A model generated the notes under the pieces. The model did no database searches. It worked only from the letters and a program-made list of their open reading frames with translations, and was not told where the DNA came from. The position numbers and the translations under genes are program-made. DNA of 64,000 nucleotides from Octopus vulgaris (taxonomy: Eukaryota): contig OX597815.1 in the NCBI GenBank assembly GCA_951406725.2, positions 197,470,001-197,534,000 of the forward strand, in the 5' to 3' direction. Shown here piece after piece: positions 1-12,786 of the stretch (positions are counted from its first letter, which is position 1; the number at the start of each line of letters is the position of its first letter).

Positions 1-602
1 AATCATGTTTGAAGAAAGAATGAAACTGATAAGAAAATCTCATCTTCAAATAGGTTTTTATTGCCATGCAAAGCAGTGAACACAATTATCGTCAGGGATT
101 AAAAAATTGACATTTTTCACCAACTAACGAAAACCAGATATAAACTCCTACTCAAATTCTATTGAAAAAAATTACTCGGTGTTCCACCAAAAGTTCCATA
201 TCGAACGGTTTTTTGGAACTAAAAGAACTGACGCATTAGTTGTGATGTTCCTACGTGTTCAGTAAGAGCAGACACATACACATACACACGGGCATGTGAC
301 AATCACAAAACTATATCTACATATAATATTATTTGAGTTTGTGCGTGTTTGCACATAGGTATATACGTTTTTTCACTTGCTCTTTGTATAACAAGCTATA
401 AACTTCAACAAAATAAACAAAAAAAGTTACAATTTTACAATGTAGTCGTAAAATTTCTAGTATCCACAGGTATGCATACACACACAAACATACAAAGGCA
501 CACACACACACACAAACAGAGGCGCACAAACACACGCATAAACACAGCACATATGTGTATAAGTATATATATATATATGTATGTATATATATATATATAT
601 AT

Positions 603-659
603 ATGGCAGTGCCCCAGCATGGCCACAGCTCATGAGCTGAAACTAGAATCAATCAATCA

Positions 660-662
<3 letters not shown>
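603..662 (+). mobile_element. Isolated 3' tail of CR1-like LINE family 1
   Basis: atggcagtgccccagcatggccacagctcatgagctgaaactag+(aatc)n matches the 3' UTR that follows the LINE ORF end at 15114-15141; embedded in (TA)n. Confidence 0.7.
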
Positions 663-980
<318 letters not shown>

Positions 981-1717
981 ATTCAGTCTTCTGATGTTTA
1001 TACCAGTACGCTAAAAGTGTTCGTGTTTCCTCGTGTTGCTCTTAATTTTACTCGTCGATAATAATTTTTATAAAAGACGCTAAGAAAAATGAAAATATAT
1101 TATACATACATACATATATGTGTGTGTGTGTGTACATATGTGTGTGTGTGTGTGTGTGTTTGTCATTTACGAGGATGCGTGTACAATAATTGCTTATACC
1201 GCTCAAAGTTCTTTTTCTTCGTTTAGTTCTTCTCCGTCTTCTGACAACACCAATAACTAGTATTACCACTACTACTACTACAACAACAACCACTACTGCT
1301 ACTACCACTACTACAACAATGCTACAATATAATCATTTACTCTATAGTATTGTAAAACCTTCTTCGGCTGTAAAATTTTTATTTACAGAAAATGAAATTA
1401 TAAACTTTCTTTTATTTCAGTAACTTTTAAGAAAGAGGTTTCTACACCTACTAAATTTGGACAGTGCGATTTTAACGAAAGAAATATCAATATAGCACAC
1501 CATATAAATTTGAAATGTATGCTATTCAACCGGGAAGTGTTATATACGTAGGTAAATGTAATCTCGCTCGCAAAAGCGTGAACACATAATCACGTACACT
1601 TCATATAACCACACACATGCACAAACTGACACAAGTACACACCATACATACTTACATTTCCATCCTCTTTCTCCCGATATATATATACCTGTGTGTATGT
1701 GTGTGTATGTAGATATA

Positions 1718-1765
<48 letters not shown>

Positions 1766-2304
1766 TAACAGAACAGAGAGTGAGAATGAGAGAAAGAGGT
1801 GCCCCAAAAAATAAACATGCATATACGACATCAATATATACATATACACGCAAATATTTACTTGCCAAGCATGTTATTATGTATTTGGATGTACATATAT
1901 ATATATATGTATGTGATTGCATATATGTGTGTGGTGTGCGTATATTTGTGTGTGTGCGCGTGTGCTTGTGCACGTGCGTACCTGCGTACGTGTGTGTGTG
2001 TGTGTGTGTGCCCATGTATATATGAAATACTATCATGGATCCTTCATAATGTCATCGACGCATTGGGCCAGTATTCCGGATTCCTTGAAGGGACGCCGTT
2101 TCGTTTCGAGATTAATTCTTCTTGCCAGACCAGTGGACTTGAGCATTGTTGAATGAAGTACTGTATTCTTGATCACTACTTATTGTCCTCTCGGGGACGA
2201 ATACACAACTTCATCATCATGTGTACAATCCAATAACCATTATATCACGCGACTTCAACAACTATATAATGAAAAATATATATAATATATGTGTATTTAT
2301 ATTA

Positions 2305-2722
2305 TTTTACTTTTACTTTAACTTTTACTTGTTTCAGTCATTTGACTCCGGCCATGCTGGGGCACCGCCTTTAATCGAGCAACTCGACCCCGGGACTTAT
2401 TCTTTTTGTAAGCCCAGTACTTATTATATCGGTATTTTTTTGCCGAATCACTGAGTAACCGGGACATAAACACACCAGCATCGGTTGTCAAGTAATGCTA
2501 GGGGGAACAAACACAGACACACAAAGAAACACACATACATATATATATATACATATATACGTCAGGCTTCTTTCAGTTTCCGTCTACCATATCTACTCAC
2601 AAGTCATTGGTCGGCCCGGGGCTATGGCAGAAGACACTTGCCCAAGATGCTACGCAGTGGGACTGAACCCGGAACCATGTGGTTGGTTAGCAAGCTACTT
2701 ACCACACAACCACTCCTGCGCC
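2305..2722 (-). mobile_element. tRNA-derived SINE family A, full length
   Basis: Minus-strand head ggcgcaggagtggttgtgtggtaag...ggttcagtccc (A/B-box-like), internal (TA)/(TG) tract, (gtaaaa)n tail; aligns with four other copies in the window. Confidence 0.9.
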
Positions 2723-2748
2723 TATATATATAATTAAAATATATAATT

Positions 2749-2780
<32 letters not shown>

Positions 2781-3207
2781 CACCTATATAATCATGCATA
2801 TATGGGTACAGGACGTCACCAGCGGTGCAAATAACATGAAATACACAAATAACGAGAAAAAGTGGAACACAGGATAAGTAAACACAGAGAAAGCGGTCTT
2901 CATTAGTTGGCTGTCTGTCTACTCCTCATTTCGCGCATTCAGCGACAATATGAATTTTGAAAGACAGTTTATTTCATAAATTCTAAAATAAAATTTAGGA
3001 TCTATGAATGGTCAAATTTGGGAACAAAAACAAGACAGTGGAGGCATACAAGGAAACCGAACGAAAACAAACATGGAGGGTCGTTAGAACAGAACGAGAT
3101 GAATATAGTGAAAAAAGAAAAGATAGAAGGGAGAGAAACAAAACACTCATTATTTTGAAAGTCCGTACAGGAAAAGAAAGATGGACACGTGAGGAGCAGA
3201 AAGATCG

Positions 3208-3292
<85 letters not shown>

Positions 3293-3413
3293 AATGAATA
3301 AGATTCAGTTGAATTAGGTAACAGATTAGACCGGTTTTATCAGCTCAGCTCGAAGTAAGTTCAATAAAATCAACATAAGTAACAGGAATATACCTATACT
3401 TGACATGTTGTTA

Positions 3414-3454
<41 letters not shown>

Positions 3455-3457
<3 letters not shown>

Positions 3458-4093
3458 GTTCAACCATTGATAAATTTATCGCCTGTGAATATGAAATTCC
3501 TTGGAAATTTACACCTACACCATTGGAAATTGTGCATCTATACAAAGGATTAATTCACCCTCTCTGTAATGCTAATAAGCAGGAATTGAAACCCACCTCG
3601 TTGTAATTAACAATGGATAAATTTGTCTTCTGTGAGTATGTAATCCCTCATCATATCTCTGGAAATTCATATGTGCACTATGGATTAGGTCACCTTCTCT
3701 GTGATGCTATTAAGACTTTTTTAAAATTCTGTGATAAGACTGTACATCATCTTTAAAGAACTTTAATGAACTTTTGAAATCTGTTTATGTTACTTAATTA
3801 TCTACATTACTTCATGAGTATAGCCTCAACCACTAGGATGTCTAGAGAACTCACATGTATTTTAGCTGATGAGTACGGGACACGTTTATATGCTGTAATT
3901 TTTGCAACTTTTAATAAAACCTGTCCTTTTATGAAACGATTGTACTAAAAACCTATCCATTCTTGTTGCTTCATTCTCGCTTATAATCACCCCACATTAC
4001 TGTATTGTTAAATCAGTATAGTTTTTTTTGGTGCATCTAAGTTAGGTACCATATTCAAGTAAATTCATTTAAATTAACTTGAATCTTTATTGC

Positions 4094-4098
<5 letters not shown>
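3455..4098 (+). mobile_element. Non-coding repeat with hammerhead motif, probable Penelope-like 3' end
   Basis: Bounded by (TA)n on both sides; 3' half aligns with the reverse complement of 32866-33225. Confidence 0.65.
3860..3950 (+). ncRNA. Type I hammerhead ribozyme with extended stem II
   Basis: ttttag-CTGATGA-gtacgggaca...tgtccttttat-GAAA-cgattg-TA-ctaaaa; 6-bp stem I, GUA cleavage triplet. Confidence 0.7.
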
Positions 4099-4174
<76 letters not shown>

Positions 4175-4178
<4 letters not shown>

Positions 4179-4584
4179 AAACAAGTCAAAACTAGAAAAT
4201 GCTAAGATGATTTTATAGTGAATCTTTCAGTACCGGTTTCGGTCATTTTGAGACCTTTTAAACTGTAACGATTAAATAATTAAATTTAGAAAAATTAGAA
4301 GAAAAGTTTTTTTAAAAGAATATTTCTGTAGTAGTGTTCAGATATAAGTAGCATTCTGCCTTTCTCTGACTCCCTTGCAAACAAGGGAGTCAGAGAAAGG
4401 CAGAATGCTACTTATATCTGAACACTACTACAGAAATATTCTTTTAAAAAAACTTTTCTTCTAATTTTTCTAAATTTAATTATTTAATCGTTACAGTTGA
4501 AAAGGTCTCAAAATGACCGAAACCGGTACTGAAAGATTCACTATAAAATCATCTTAGCATTTTCTATTTTTGACTTGTTTTTTC
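4175..4584. repeat. 203-bp-arm palindrome (head-to-head retroelement tails)
   Basis: Arms 4175-4377 and 4382-4584, loop caaa, 2 mismatches seen, TA on both flanks. Confidence 0.95.
4494..4531 (+). ncRNA. Hammerhead-like motif, U3-A8 core variant
   Basis: cag-TTGAAAA-ggtc tcaaaat gacc-GAAA-ccgg-TA-ctg. Confidence 0.55.
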
Positions 4585-4622
4585 ATATATATCAACTCGT
4601 GTGTTCCTTTCGACCCTTATAC

Positions 4623-4674
<52 letters not shown>

Positions 4675-4682
4675 GTATATAT

Positions 4683-5500
4683 AAGTGAGGTCTCATCAAT
4701 AAGTATCCCGACTGTTGCCATAGTAACATACACACATACATATGTACATCCAAACATGCAGTTACATGCTTGGCAAGTAAATATTTGACCTTCATCACTA
4801 ATGCACTAGATTTTAACGTCCTGGATCATTTCTGCTGTTTACAGCGATGTTTGGAAGGAAGGTATGTAGGGTGTGATTGTTACATTGTCTATGACACAGA
4901 AAGTTGTCAACGCTATACCTGCTCAGAGGCCTCCGCAAAGTTGCAGAAAGTGTATGGAGAGGCGTATATGACCCGCACACATATGTACGAGAGGTTCGGG
5001 CCCTTTCCACGATGGCGGAAAAATTATCGATATTGAAGAACGTTCTGCGAGACTTGCAATCAGCATAACTGAGAAAAGCATTGCAGATGTGCGTGCAGCT
5101 GTGAGCGGAAAAAGTCAAGACACTATCCATGAGTTATCAGGGAATGTGCCGATTAGTTACGGTTGTGTCGAGTCCATTATCGCTGAAAATTTGGGTATGA
5201 GACTCGTGTCTCCAAGTTAGTGCAAAATCTGCTTTCAGCTGACCCAAGAGACCTCGGGTTCCAGTTGCAGAATATTTAATTGCTTGGGTGAGAACGATGA
5301 AAACTTTCAAAACTTTGCGCAGGTCTGTGAGCAGGTGTACGCGGATCTTTCGCATAATTTGATGCAGATTTTCTGTTCAACCTTCTCTGCCATGGTTAAA
5401 GCGACGATCAAACGCCACACACCACCCTTTCAAGCAATGCTGTATACGGCAGAAGTGAGGTAGGACGTTAAATCTCGTATAAATCTCAAAAGACAATATT
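4683..5500 (+). mobile_element. Mariner deletion derivative with a transposase 5' end at each terminus
   Basis: Plus strand SEASAKLQKVYGEAYMTRTHMYERF...IIAENLGMRLVS (mariner N-terminal HTH region); 5320-5480 carries an inverted 5' end reading MAEKVEQKICIKLCERSAYTCSQT. Confidence 0.75.
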
Positions 5501-5639
5501 TTATATAAATACAGTGTACATTTAAACACATAAGAGGTAGTCATCATAGGGCTACCTACACGCTAGAGAGGACAGTTACATTTTGAACCACTATTAGAGA
5601 TAAGAATAGAAGGGAATGAAAAATATAAACATTTACCAT

Positions 5640-6104
5640 CGCGAAGTTTTCTAAGTTTTCATCGTTCTTGACCCAAGCAATGAGATCTTCCGCAACTGGA
5701 ATCCGAGTGTCCTTTTGGTCAGCTAAAAGCAGATTTTGCACTAACTTGGAGACACGAGTCTCATACCCAAATCTTCAGCGATAATGTACTGAACACAACC
5801 GTAACTAATCGGCATATCCCCTGATAACTCACGGATAGTGACTTGACGTTTTCCGTCATAGCTGCACGCACATCTGCAATGCTTTTCTCAGTCATGCTGA
5901 TTGCAGGTCTCGCAGAACGTTCTTCAATATCGATAAGTTTTCCGCCATCGTGGAAAGGGCCCGAAACTCTCGTACATTTGTGTGCGGCTCATATATGCCC
6001 CTCCATACACTTTCTGCAACTTTGCGTAGGCCTGTGAGCAGGTATCGCTATGCCAACTTTCTGTGTCATGGACAAAGCAACAATCACATCCTACACACCT
6101 TCAT

Positions 6105-6105
<1 letters not shown>
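5640..6105 (-). mobile_element. Second, inverted copy of the mariner N-terminal fragment
   Basis: Reverse complement aligns with 4853-5319 and stops at the same breakpoint. Confidence 0.85.
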
Positions 6106-6179
<74 letters not shown>

Positions 6180-6273
6180 TGTGTGTGTGTGTGCATAATG
6201 TTATATATTGCAAAATCTACGGATCTAGGTCTGGGAACTTTGTAAGGTTTGAGCAGTCCTTTGTAGGTATAAT

Positions 6274-6470
6274 CTTTACTCTTTTACTTCTTTCAATCAT
6301 TTGACTGTGGGCATGCAAGAGCAGCGCTAGTCGAGCAAATCGACCACGGGACTTATTCTTTGTAAGCATAGTACTTATTCTATCGCAACTTTTGCTGAAC
6401 CGCTAAGTTACGGGACATAAACACACCGGCATCGGTTCTCAAGCGATGTTTGGGGACAAACACAGACACA

Positions 6471-6554
<84 letters not shown>

Positions 6555-6726
6555 CACATATATACGAAGGGCTTCTTACAGCTTCCGTCTACTAGAATCA
6601 CCCACAAGATTTTGGTCGGCCCGAGGCTATAGTAGAAGACACTTGTCCAAGGTTCTACGCAGTGGGACTGAACCAGGAATCACGTCGTTTGTAAGCAAGC
6701 TACTTACCACACACCACTCCTACGCC
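6274..6726 (-). mobile_element. SINE family A, full length
   Basis: Aligns with 2305-2722 and 53385-53827. Confidence 0.9.
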
Positions 6727-7759
6727 ATCAGGAACGATAATGTTTTATTATCGTGGAAGGTTTTATTTTCCCATATCGAAGTCCAATAAACCAAAAAAAC
6801 GTTCCTTTTAATAGTTGACGGTTAGCAATTACGTTTGCTATGTATGGGAATAAATATCCAAATTGAGGGAATGGAGCAGGTAAAATTGAGGCTGCCGAAA
6901 ATTAATAATTACTTAACGAACACATATATAAGTACGGATAAGTGTATAAACATCTATATCTATATATCTCTACACATAAGAAAATGAGATGAACTAGGAA
7001 TAAACGACTGTCTTATGAAATTCATTAGCTTACAGCTGCTTCTATTCTAAGATGGATTGATCTCATTTTTGTGTGCCTGAATGAAACCTTAGAGCTTCAT
7101 TGGAGAATACACACACACACACAGAAACACACACACACACACATACACACACACAGGCACACATTCTGTGTGCATATATCTATGTGTTCAGTTTTTCTTA
7201 CGAAATATGCTTCCTTATTATAGCTTTATAAAAATTGATAAGTTTATGCGTGATGCACAAAATATTAAATTATCAAAGGACAATAATTTCACAAAAATTC
7301 TGTTACATAGAATTTTACGGCACAGTGCAATCCCATCGAACTTACTTTACAGCATTGCACCAGTTTCACCTGTGCAACGTTACAAGCATATATACGACAG
7401 GTATTTTGTCACATATTAAACGTAGACATTTTAGCTTTTTTAACCTCTGCGTTTCATAGTTTGTATACATTTTCTTGCAAATTTTGTCGATATTGTATGC
7501 AACACCATTATGTCTGTAAATACGAATACATTGTTCAAAATGTAACGTTCAGAGAACGTCCAGATCGGTTAACGTCACGTTTTCGAGAAATGTCTACAAC
7601 ATTAACTGACGCATGAATGTATATTGACGCCATCACATGAATACACACATGTACGCAGGCTAAAACATATAAACAGATACTCTAACACACATACGTGTAT
7701 ATATGTATATAAAAATATATAAATATGTGCGTGCGTGTGTGTACTAATATATATTAATA

Positions 7760-7770
7760 TATGTATATAC

Positions 7771-7805
<35 letters not shown>

Positions 7806-7865
7806 CATATATATATATGTATGTATGTTTGTATATATATATACATACATATATATATATGTATG

Positions 7866-7907
<42 letters not shown>

Positions 7908-7938
7908 AAGAGAGAGACAGAGATAGAAAGATAGATAT

Positions 7939-8006
<68 letters not shown>

Positions 8007-8038
8007 AGCTCTGAGCGAGGAATAAGTGGCAAATATAC

Positions 8039-8085
<47 letters not shown>

Positions 8086-8226
8086 ATATATGTATATATT
8101 TATATGTATATATATATGTATATGTATATATATATGTATATGTATATATATGTATGTATATATAAATATATATGTATATGTATATATATATGTATATGTA
8201 TATATATGTATGTATATATTTATATG

Positions 8227-8283
<57 letters not shown>
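7760..8283. repeat. (TA)n/(GATA)n/(TATG)n compound microsatellite
   Basis: Direct inspection. Confidence 0.95.
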
Positions 8284-8287
<4 letters not shown>

Positions 8288-8812
8288 GAAAATATACGAA
8301 CGTAGCAAGAAGGTATAAATCCACAAATCATATAAATAAAAGAAAGCTGAATTGAAAATCTCGGCAAATATGTCTGCAAACAAAAAATATATTGGAAAAC
8401 AGTTTATGTTAATAACATCAACTTCAACATGAAATGTGCTGCTTGGTTGAGAGACTTGTCTAATTAGGTTCCATTTCTTTTTTTTTAAATTATATTTACG
8501 ATTCAAGATTCTTTCGTTCGTCGCTTTCTTCCTTGTCTATCGTCCCTCTCTCTTTCTTTTTTGTCTATCTCTATCTGTATATTGCTTTATACATAGCATA
8601 CATATGCTTATATAGAAACATATACTCACATATGTGTATGTTATATGTGCGCATATATTTTATAGAAACATATTCGCATATATATATATATATCTATATA
8701 TAATATATATTATATATGCATATATATATATATAAGTATATGTACATACATGTATATATACATATATATTCATTCATATATAAATATTCATATATATATA
8801 TATATATATATA

Positions 8813-8881
<69 letters not shown>

Positions 8882-8893
8882 TTCTAACAAAAA

Positions 8894-8931
8894 CTGTCTG
8901 ATGAACGGCAACGAGAAACTCAGAGTAACAG
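8894..8931 (+). ncRNA. Minimal type I hammerhead motif in a short TA-flanked repeat
   Basis: ctgt-CTGATGA-acggcaacga-GAAA-ctcagag-TA-acag; downstream sequence recurs at 27822-27943. Confidence 0.55.
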
Positions 8932-9023
8932 ATTTTGTTGAATTTTCTGCTGCTTAAAATAAAGTATATATATATTTATATATATATGAATATTTATTTT
9001 ATATATCCTTAAAATCATATATC

Positions 9024-9055
<32 letters not shown>

Positions 9056-9075
9056 GATATGTATGTAATATATAT

Positions 9076-9112
9076 ATGGTCGCAGCTCTGAGCTGAAACT
9101 AGAAAAAAAAAA
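9076..9112 (+). mobile_element. Minimal CR1-like family 1 tail
   Basis: atggtcgcagctctgagctgaaactag+A-tail within (TA)n; matches 619-646. Confidence 0.6.
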
Positions 9113-10536
9113 TATATATACTTGTGTTTGTGTATGTATGTGCATTATATATCTATTCATATATGCGCCTATGTTCATGCATGTGTGTTTGGGATTTCGT
9201 TGTGTACGCCCGTCTGTGTTGGTGCATTTTTACTTGCCACAATTTTACACGAGAGTATTTATGTGTCTGAATCTACAACTCAGAGTATGGGAAGGATAGG
9301 ATAAAGATATATAAAAAAAGATCAGAAGAAAGTGAAAATAAAAGCAAACAAAGTGAGGGGGAAGATGTAGTAACTACATTTATTTACATCATCTTTTCTA
9401 AAGAGAATTTAATGAAGTCCTTCCATAAACTGAATAAAAAAATATAAACGAAATTGTTTTGCTAACATAAAAATAGAACGCACACAGCCACACAAACACT
9501 TAGTCGCGCAAACACTAAAAAACACACAGACCCATATACATAAATACATAAATATATATACATACATATGTGCGTGAGTGTATGAGTGTGTGTGTGTTTT
9601 TAATGAAATGAAATGAATAAATCAGATGTATTTATAACACAATGCCTGTATAATAAAGAAAAAGGCATTATTCTTTAGAATTGATTAAAATTAGAACTGA
9701 TAGGTAGGTATGACCTACTTTTAAAATGCCATAACTCTGTCTCGCTTCGCTTTTGTATATGTCGATCAATCATTCTAAAATCAGTACACAATGGCGATGC
9801 ACGGTGAAATTGGCCTACGGTGGAAGTCAATATCCATCTTCTTATAAAATGTCTTTTGTCAGATTTGTAACAAACCGACACAGAAAAGCAATCAGTTTAG
9901 CAGTCTAACTTGCCTCTTCTCTGATGTGTTTTGTCATAATAGACTGCTTTTCTATGAAACAAGACCGCCCAGTAACTTGGTACGAGGGAATTAAGCAGCA
10001 CCTAATATTTATACTAAACAACATTAGATGGAGTTTGAAAAGGATTGACTGAATAAAAGCAAACGAAAAATATCGGTGGGTGGTGGTGGGGGGTGGCAAT
10101 GGAAAGAACGTAATAAAGAGAAGAATGGTGAAAGAAAATATAAAAAGAAATAAAGCCATATCTTGGAGAGCAAAGACGTCGGGAATATGCACTAGGTAAA
10201 TGGAAGAAATAATTAAGTTGATGATGATGCTGCTGAGGAGGAAGATGAGGAGGAGGTGGAAGGGGAGGAGGAAGAGGAAGGTGATGATTAATGATGCCGC
10301 GGCTGTCGATGGAAATGATATTAGTAATAATTATATTGTTGCTTTTTTTTTATTTTTCTTAATAATTATTATTATTATAATTTCACTGGACAATGTGATA
10401 GATCAATGCGTATAGTGTGCAATACGTGCATATGCATAACTGCGTAGACACATCTACCCGAGCGTGCACACACACACACAGACACACACGAGCATACACG
10501 TACGTATATATACATACATACACACACGCGCACACA

Positions 10537-10594
<58 letters not shown>

Positions 10595-10597
10595 TTT

Positions 10598-10925
10598 TCC
10601 TCATCCTACATTGAGAGAAGAAAGAGATGGACGCTTCAATTCTATGCTGCTGCCGCATTATGTCGTACGCGAATGGGAGGATTTGCATCCCCAACCAAGA
10701 ATTTTTGATGTAACACATGTCCTTGTGGAAGCTGTTGTGCGCGGCTGAAGAAGGCCACAGACATACATTATGCATTGTTATAAATCTGTCTAATAAAGGC
10801 CCGAAACATATGTACCGCTGAATCCTTCGCATCATGTTTTTATTTTGATCAATTTACTCCACCACCTACACCACCAAACGGTATACACAGGTGCTTATAA
10901 TTATCAAGTACTCACCCCGAATTTC
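10598..10925 (+). mobile_element. Probable Penelope-like 3' end
   Basis: Higher-GC block ending at (TA)n and containing a hammerhead fold. Confidence 0.55.
10741..10818 (+). ncRNA. Type I hammerhead ribozyme
   Basis: gcgg-CTGAAGA-aggcc...ggccc-GAAA-catatg-TA-ccgc; palindromic stem III. Confidence 0.7.
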
Positions 10926-10965
10926 TATATATATATATATATATATATAAATATATATATATGTA

Positions 10966-11016
<51 letters not shown>

Positions 11017-11221
11017 GCACACACGCACACACACATACACACAGAAACACACATATGTGTGGAATGGCAGTGGAATGGTGATGTATGAATCGATTATAGT
11101 CGCCTTTGAAATATATGACAGTGTATCTTTGTTGGAGATCATTAGTAGTAACGGCATTATTAATGTACTGGCCATTCCTATAACATTTCCTCCTCCCCCT
11201 CGCAATCCTATTCTTCTGCTT

Positions 11222-11255
11222 CTTACTACTACTACTTCTACTACTATTACTACTT

Positions 11256-11289
<34 letters not shown>

Positions 11290-11366
11290 TGCGACTACTA
11301 CTGCTGCTGCTGCTACTGCCCCTATTACTACTACTACTACTACTGCTGCTGTTACTACTACTGCTG

Positions 11367-11416
<50 letters not shown>

Positions 11417-11466
11417 GCTGCTGCTGCTGTTGCTGCTGCTGTTACTGCTACTGCTGCTGCTGCTGA

Positions 11467-11518
<52 letters not shown>

Positions 11519-11645
11519 GCCGCTGCTACCTCTACTGCCCCTGGTGCTGCTACTACTACTATTGTTGCTGCTATTACTGCTATTACTGCTGCTGCTGCTG
11601 CTGCTGCTGCTACTACTACTACTACTACTGTTGGTGCTGCTGTTG

Positions 11646-11681
<36 letters not shown>
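11222..11681. repeat. (CTA)n/(CTG)n triplet array
   Basis: Direct inspection; explains the poly-T/A/V/L ORFs. Confidence 0.95.
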
Positions 11682-11682
<1 letters not shown>

Positions 11683-12264
11683 ATGCTCTTGGGTGGAGAG
11701 AAGAAATACGTAGTATATAACCATAAAATCATTTCTATTAAATTGCGCTAAAACAGTAGCCGTTCTCTACAAGAACAGGTTCAATGGCGGTGATAGAAAG
11801 CAGAATGCAGATCAAACTAGCAGCAATAATTGCAGTTGCATCAGTGTGACAGAAGAGCAATAATCTAAAATGCTCACTAACAAATACAGTCCCAGTTTGC
11901 GCGTGTCATTTTTTGATTCGAGAATTTTTAAGATAATATCGTTGAGAAATGTAGTTTTTATTAGCACTGACATTACGAAGTACTCATGCACATCAATGGA
12001 AAGCATTATCAACACTGATACGCGGGTAATTAATAGCAGGATGAGGTCAATGCCGACAGTTGAGCATCAAGTGGAACGCTAGCAGCATTACTGATATTTG
12101 CAGTTCTGACTGCATCGCCGATGACAGTAACTGTTCTGTAACTGCAACATCGATGAAAATAGTATAACTAGTATGTGAATAAGCCGGAAAGTGAGATTAA
12201 TGACAGTCATCGTTCTGAAAGAATGGTTCTCTAAAACAACACTGGTATGACCTCAAAATAGAAT

Positions 12265-12727
12265 TCATCATCATTGTTCGACCGTGGTCGAGACAATGGA
12301 ATTTACTATGCTACGCCAGACTTCACGGTCCATCATAGCATTACGGAGGTCCTGTTGCTGGATGTCTGTATCCCTGGAGATAACATCAGGGTAGGAGTAT
12401 GTGCGCCCTCTGGTATCGCGAGTAGATGGCTTCCAGAGGAAAAGAGTAGAAATTGCCTTGTTTTCAGCTCTACAACAATGTCCAGCAAACTGGACTCTCC
12501 TACCTTTCACAAGAGATGATACAGGTGGTAGTTTCCTATATATTTGTACTTTGGTTGGATGACGCTTCCATGAGAGATTTTGAGCTCTCATAAAGAGGCG
12601 AGTGTAAGCTCCATCCAAACGCCTCTCAAGCTTCTTTTATAACGTCCAGGTTTCTGAGACATATAGTAGAATTGGTTCGACTGTGGCTTTGAAGATTTGG
12701 AATTTGTGGCTTTGAAGATTTGGAATT
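12265..12727 (-). mobile_element. RTE-clade LINE, 5'-truncated 3' end
   Basis: QIFKATVEPILLYVSETWTL*...LDGAYTRL...RRVQFAGHCCR...AMMDREVWRSIV; (tga)n tail. Confidence 0.85.
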
Positions 12728-12786
12728 AGTAAATAAGGAAAAATATAGTCTCCGTATATAGATGTTGACTAAGTTCCTTCATACTA

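Noticed and set aside
2030-2215. GC-richer island with open frames
   Set aside because: No family motif recognised and no second copy in the window.
7020-7110. Minus-strand hammerhead-like remnant (ccaatga...gaag-cagctg-ta); similar remnants at ~38700-38785, ~54832, ~59266 and ~62872
   Set aside because: Multiple core substitutions or missing stems; may be decayed ribozymes but not supportable individually.
10912-11724. 232-270 aa Thr/Ala- or Val-rich ORFs resembling mucin
   Set aside because: Entirely explained by a (CTA/CTG)n array open on both strands; no splice or domain support.
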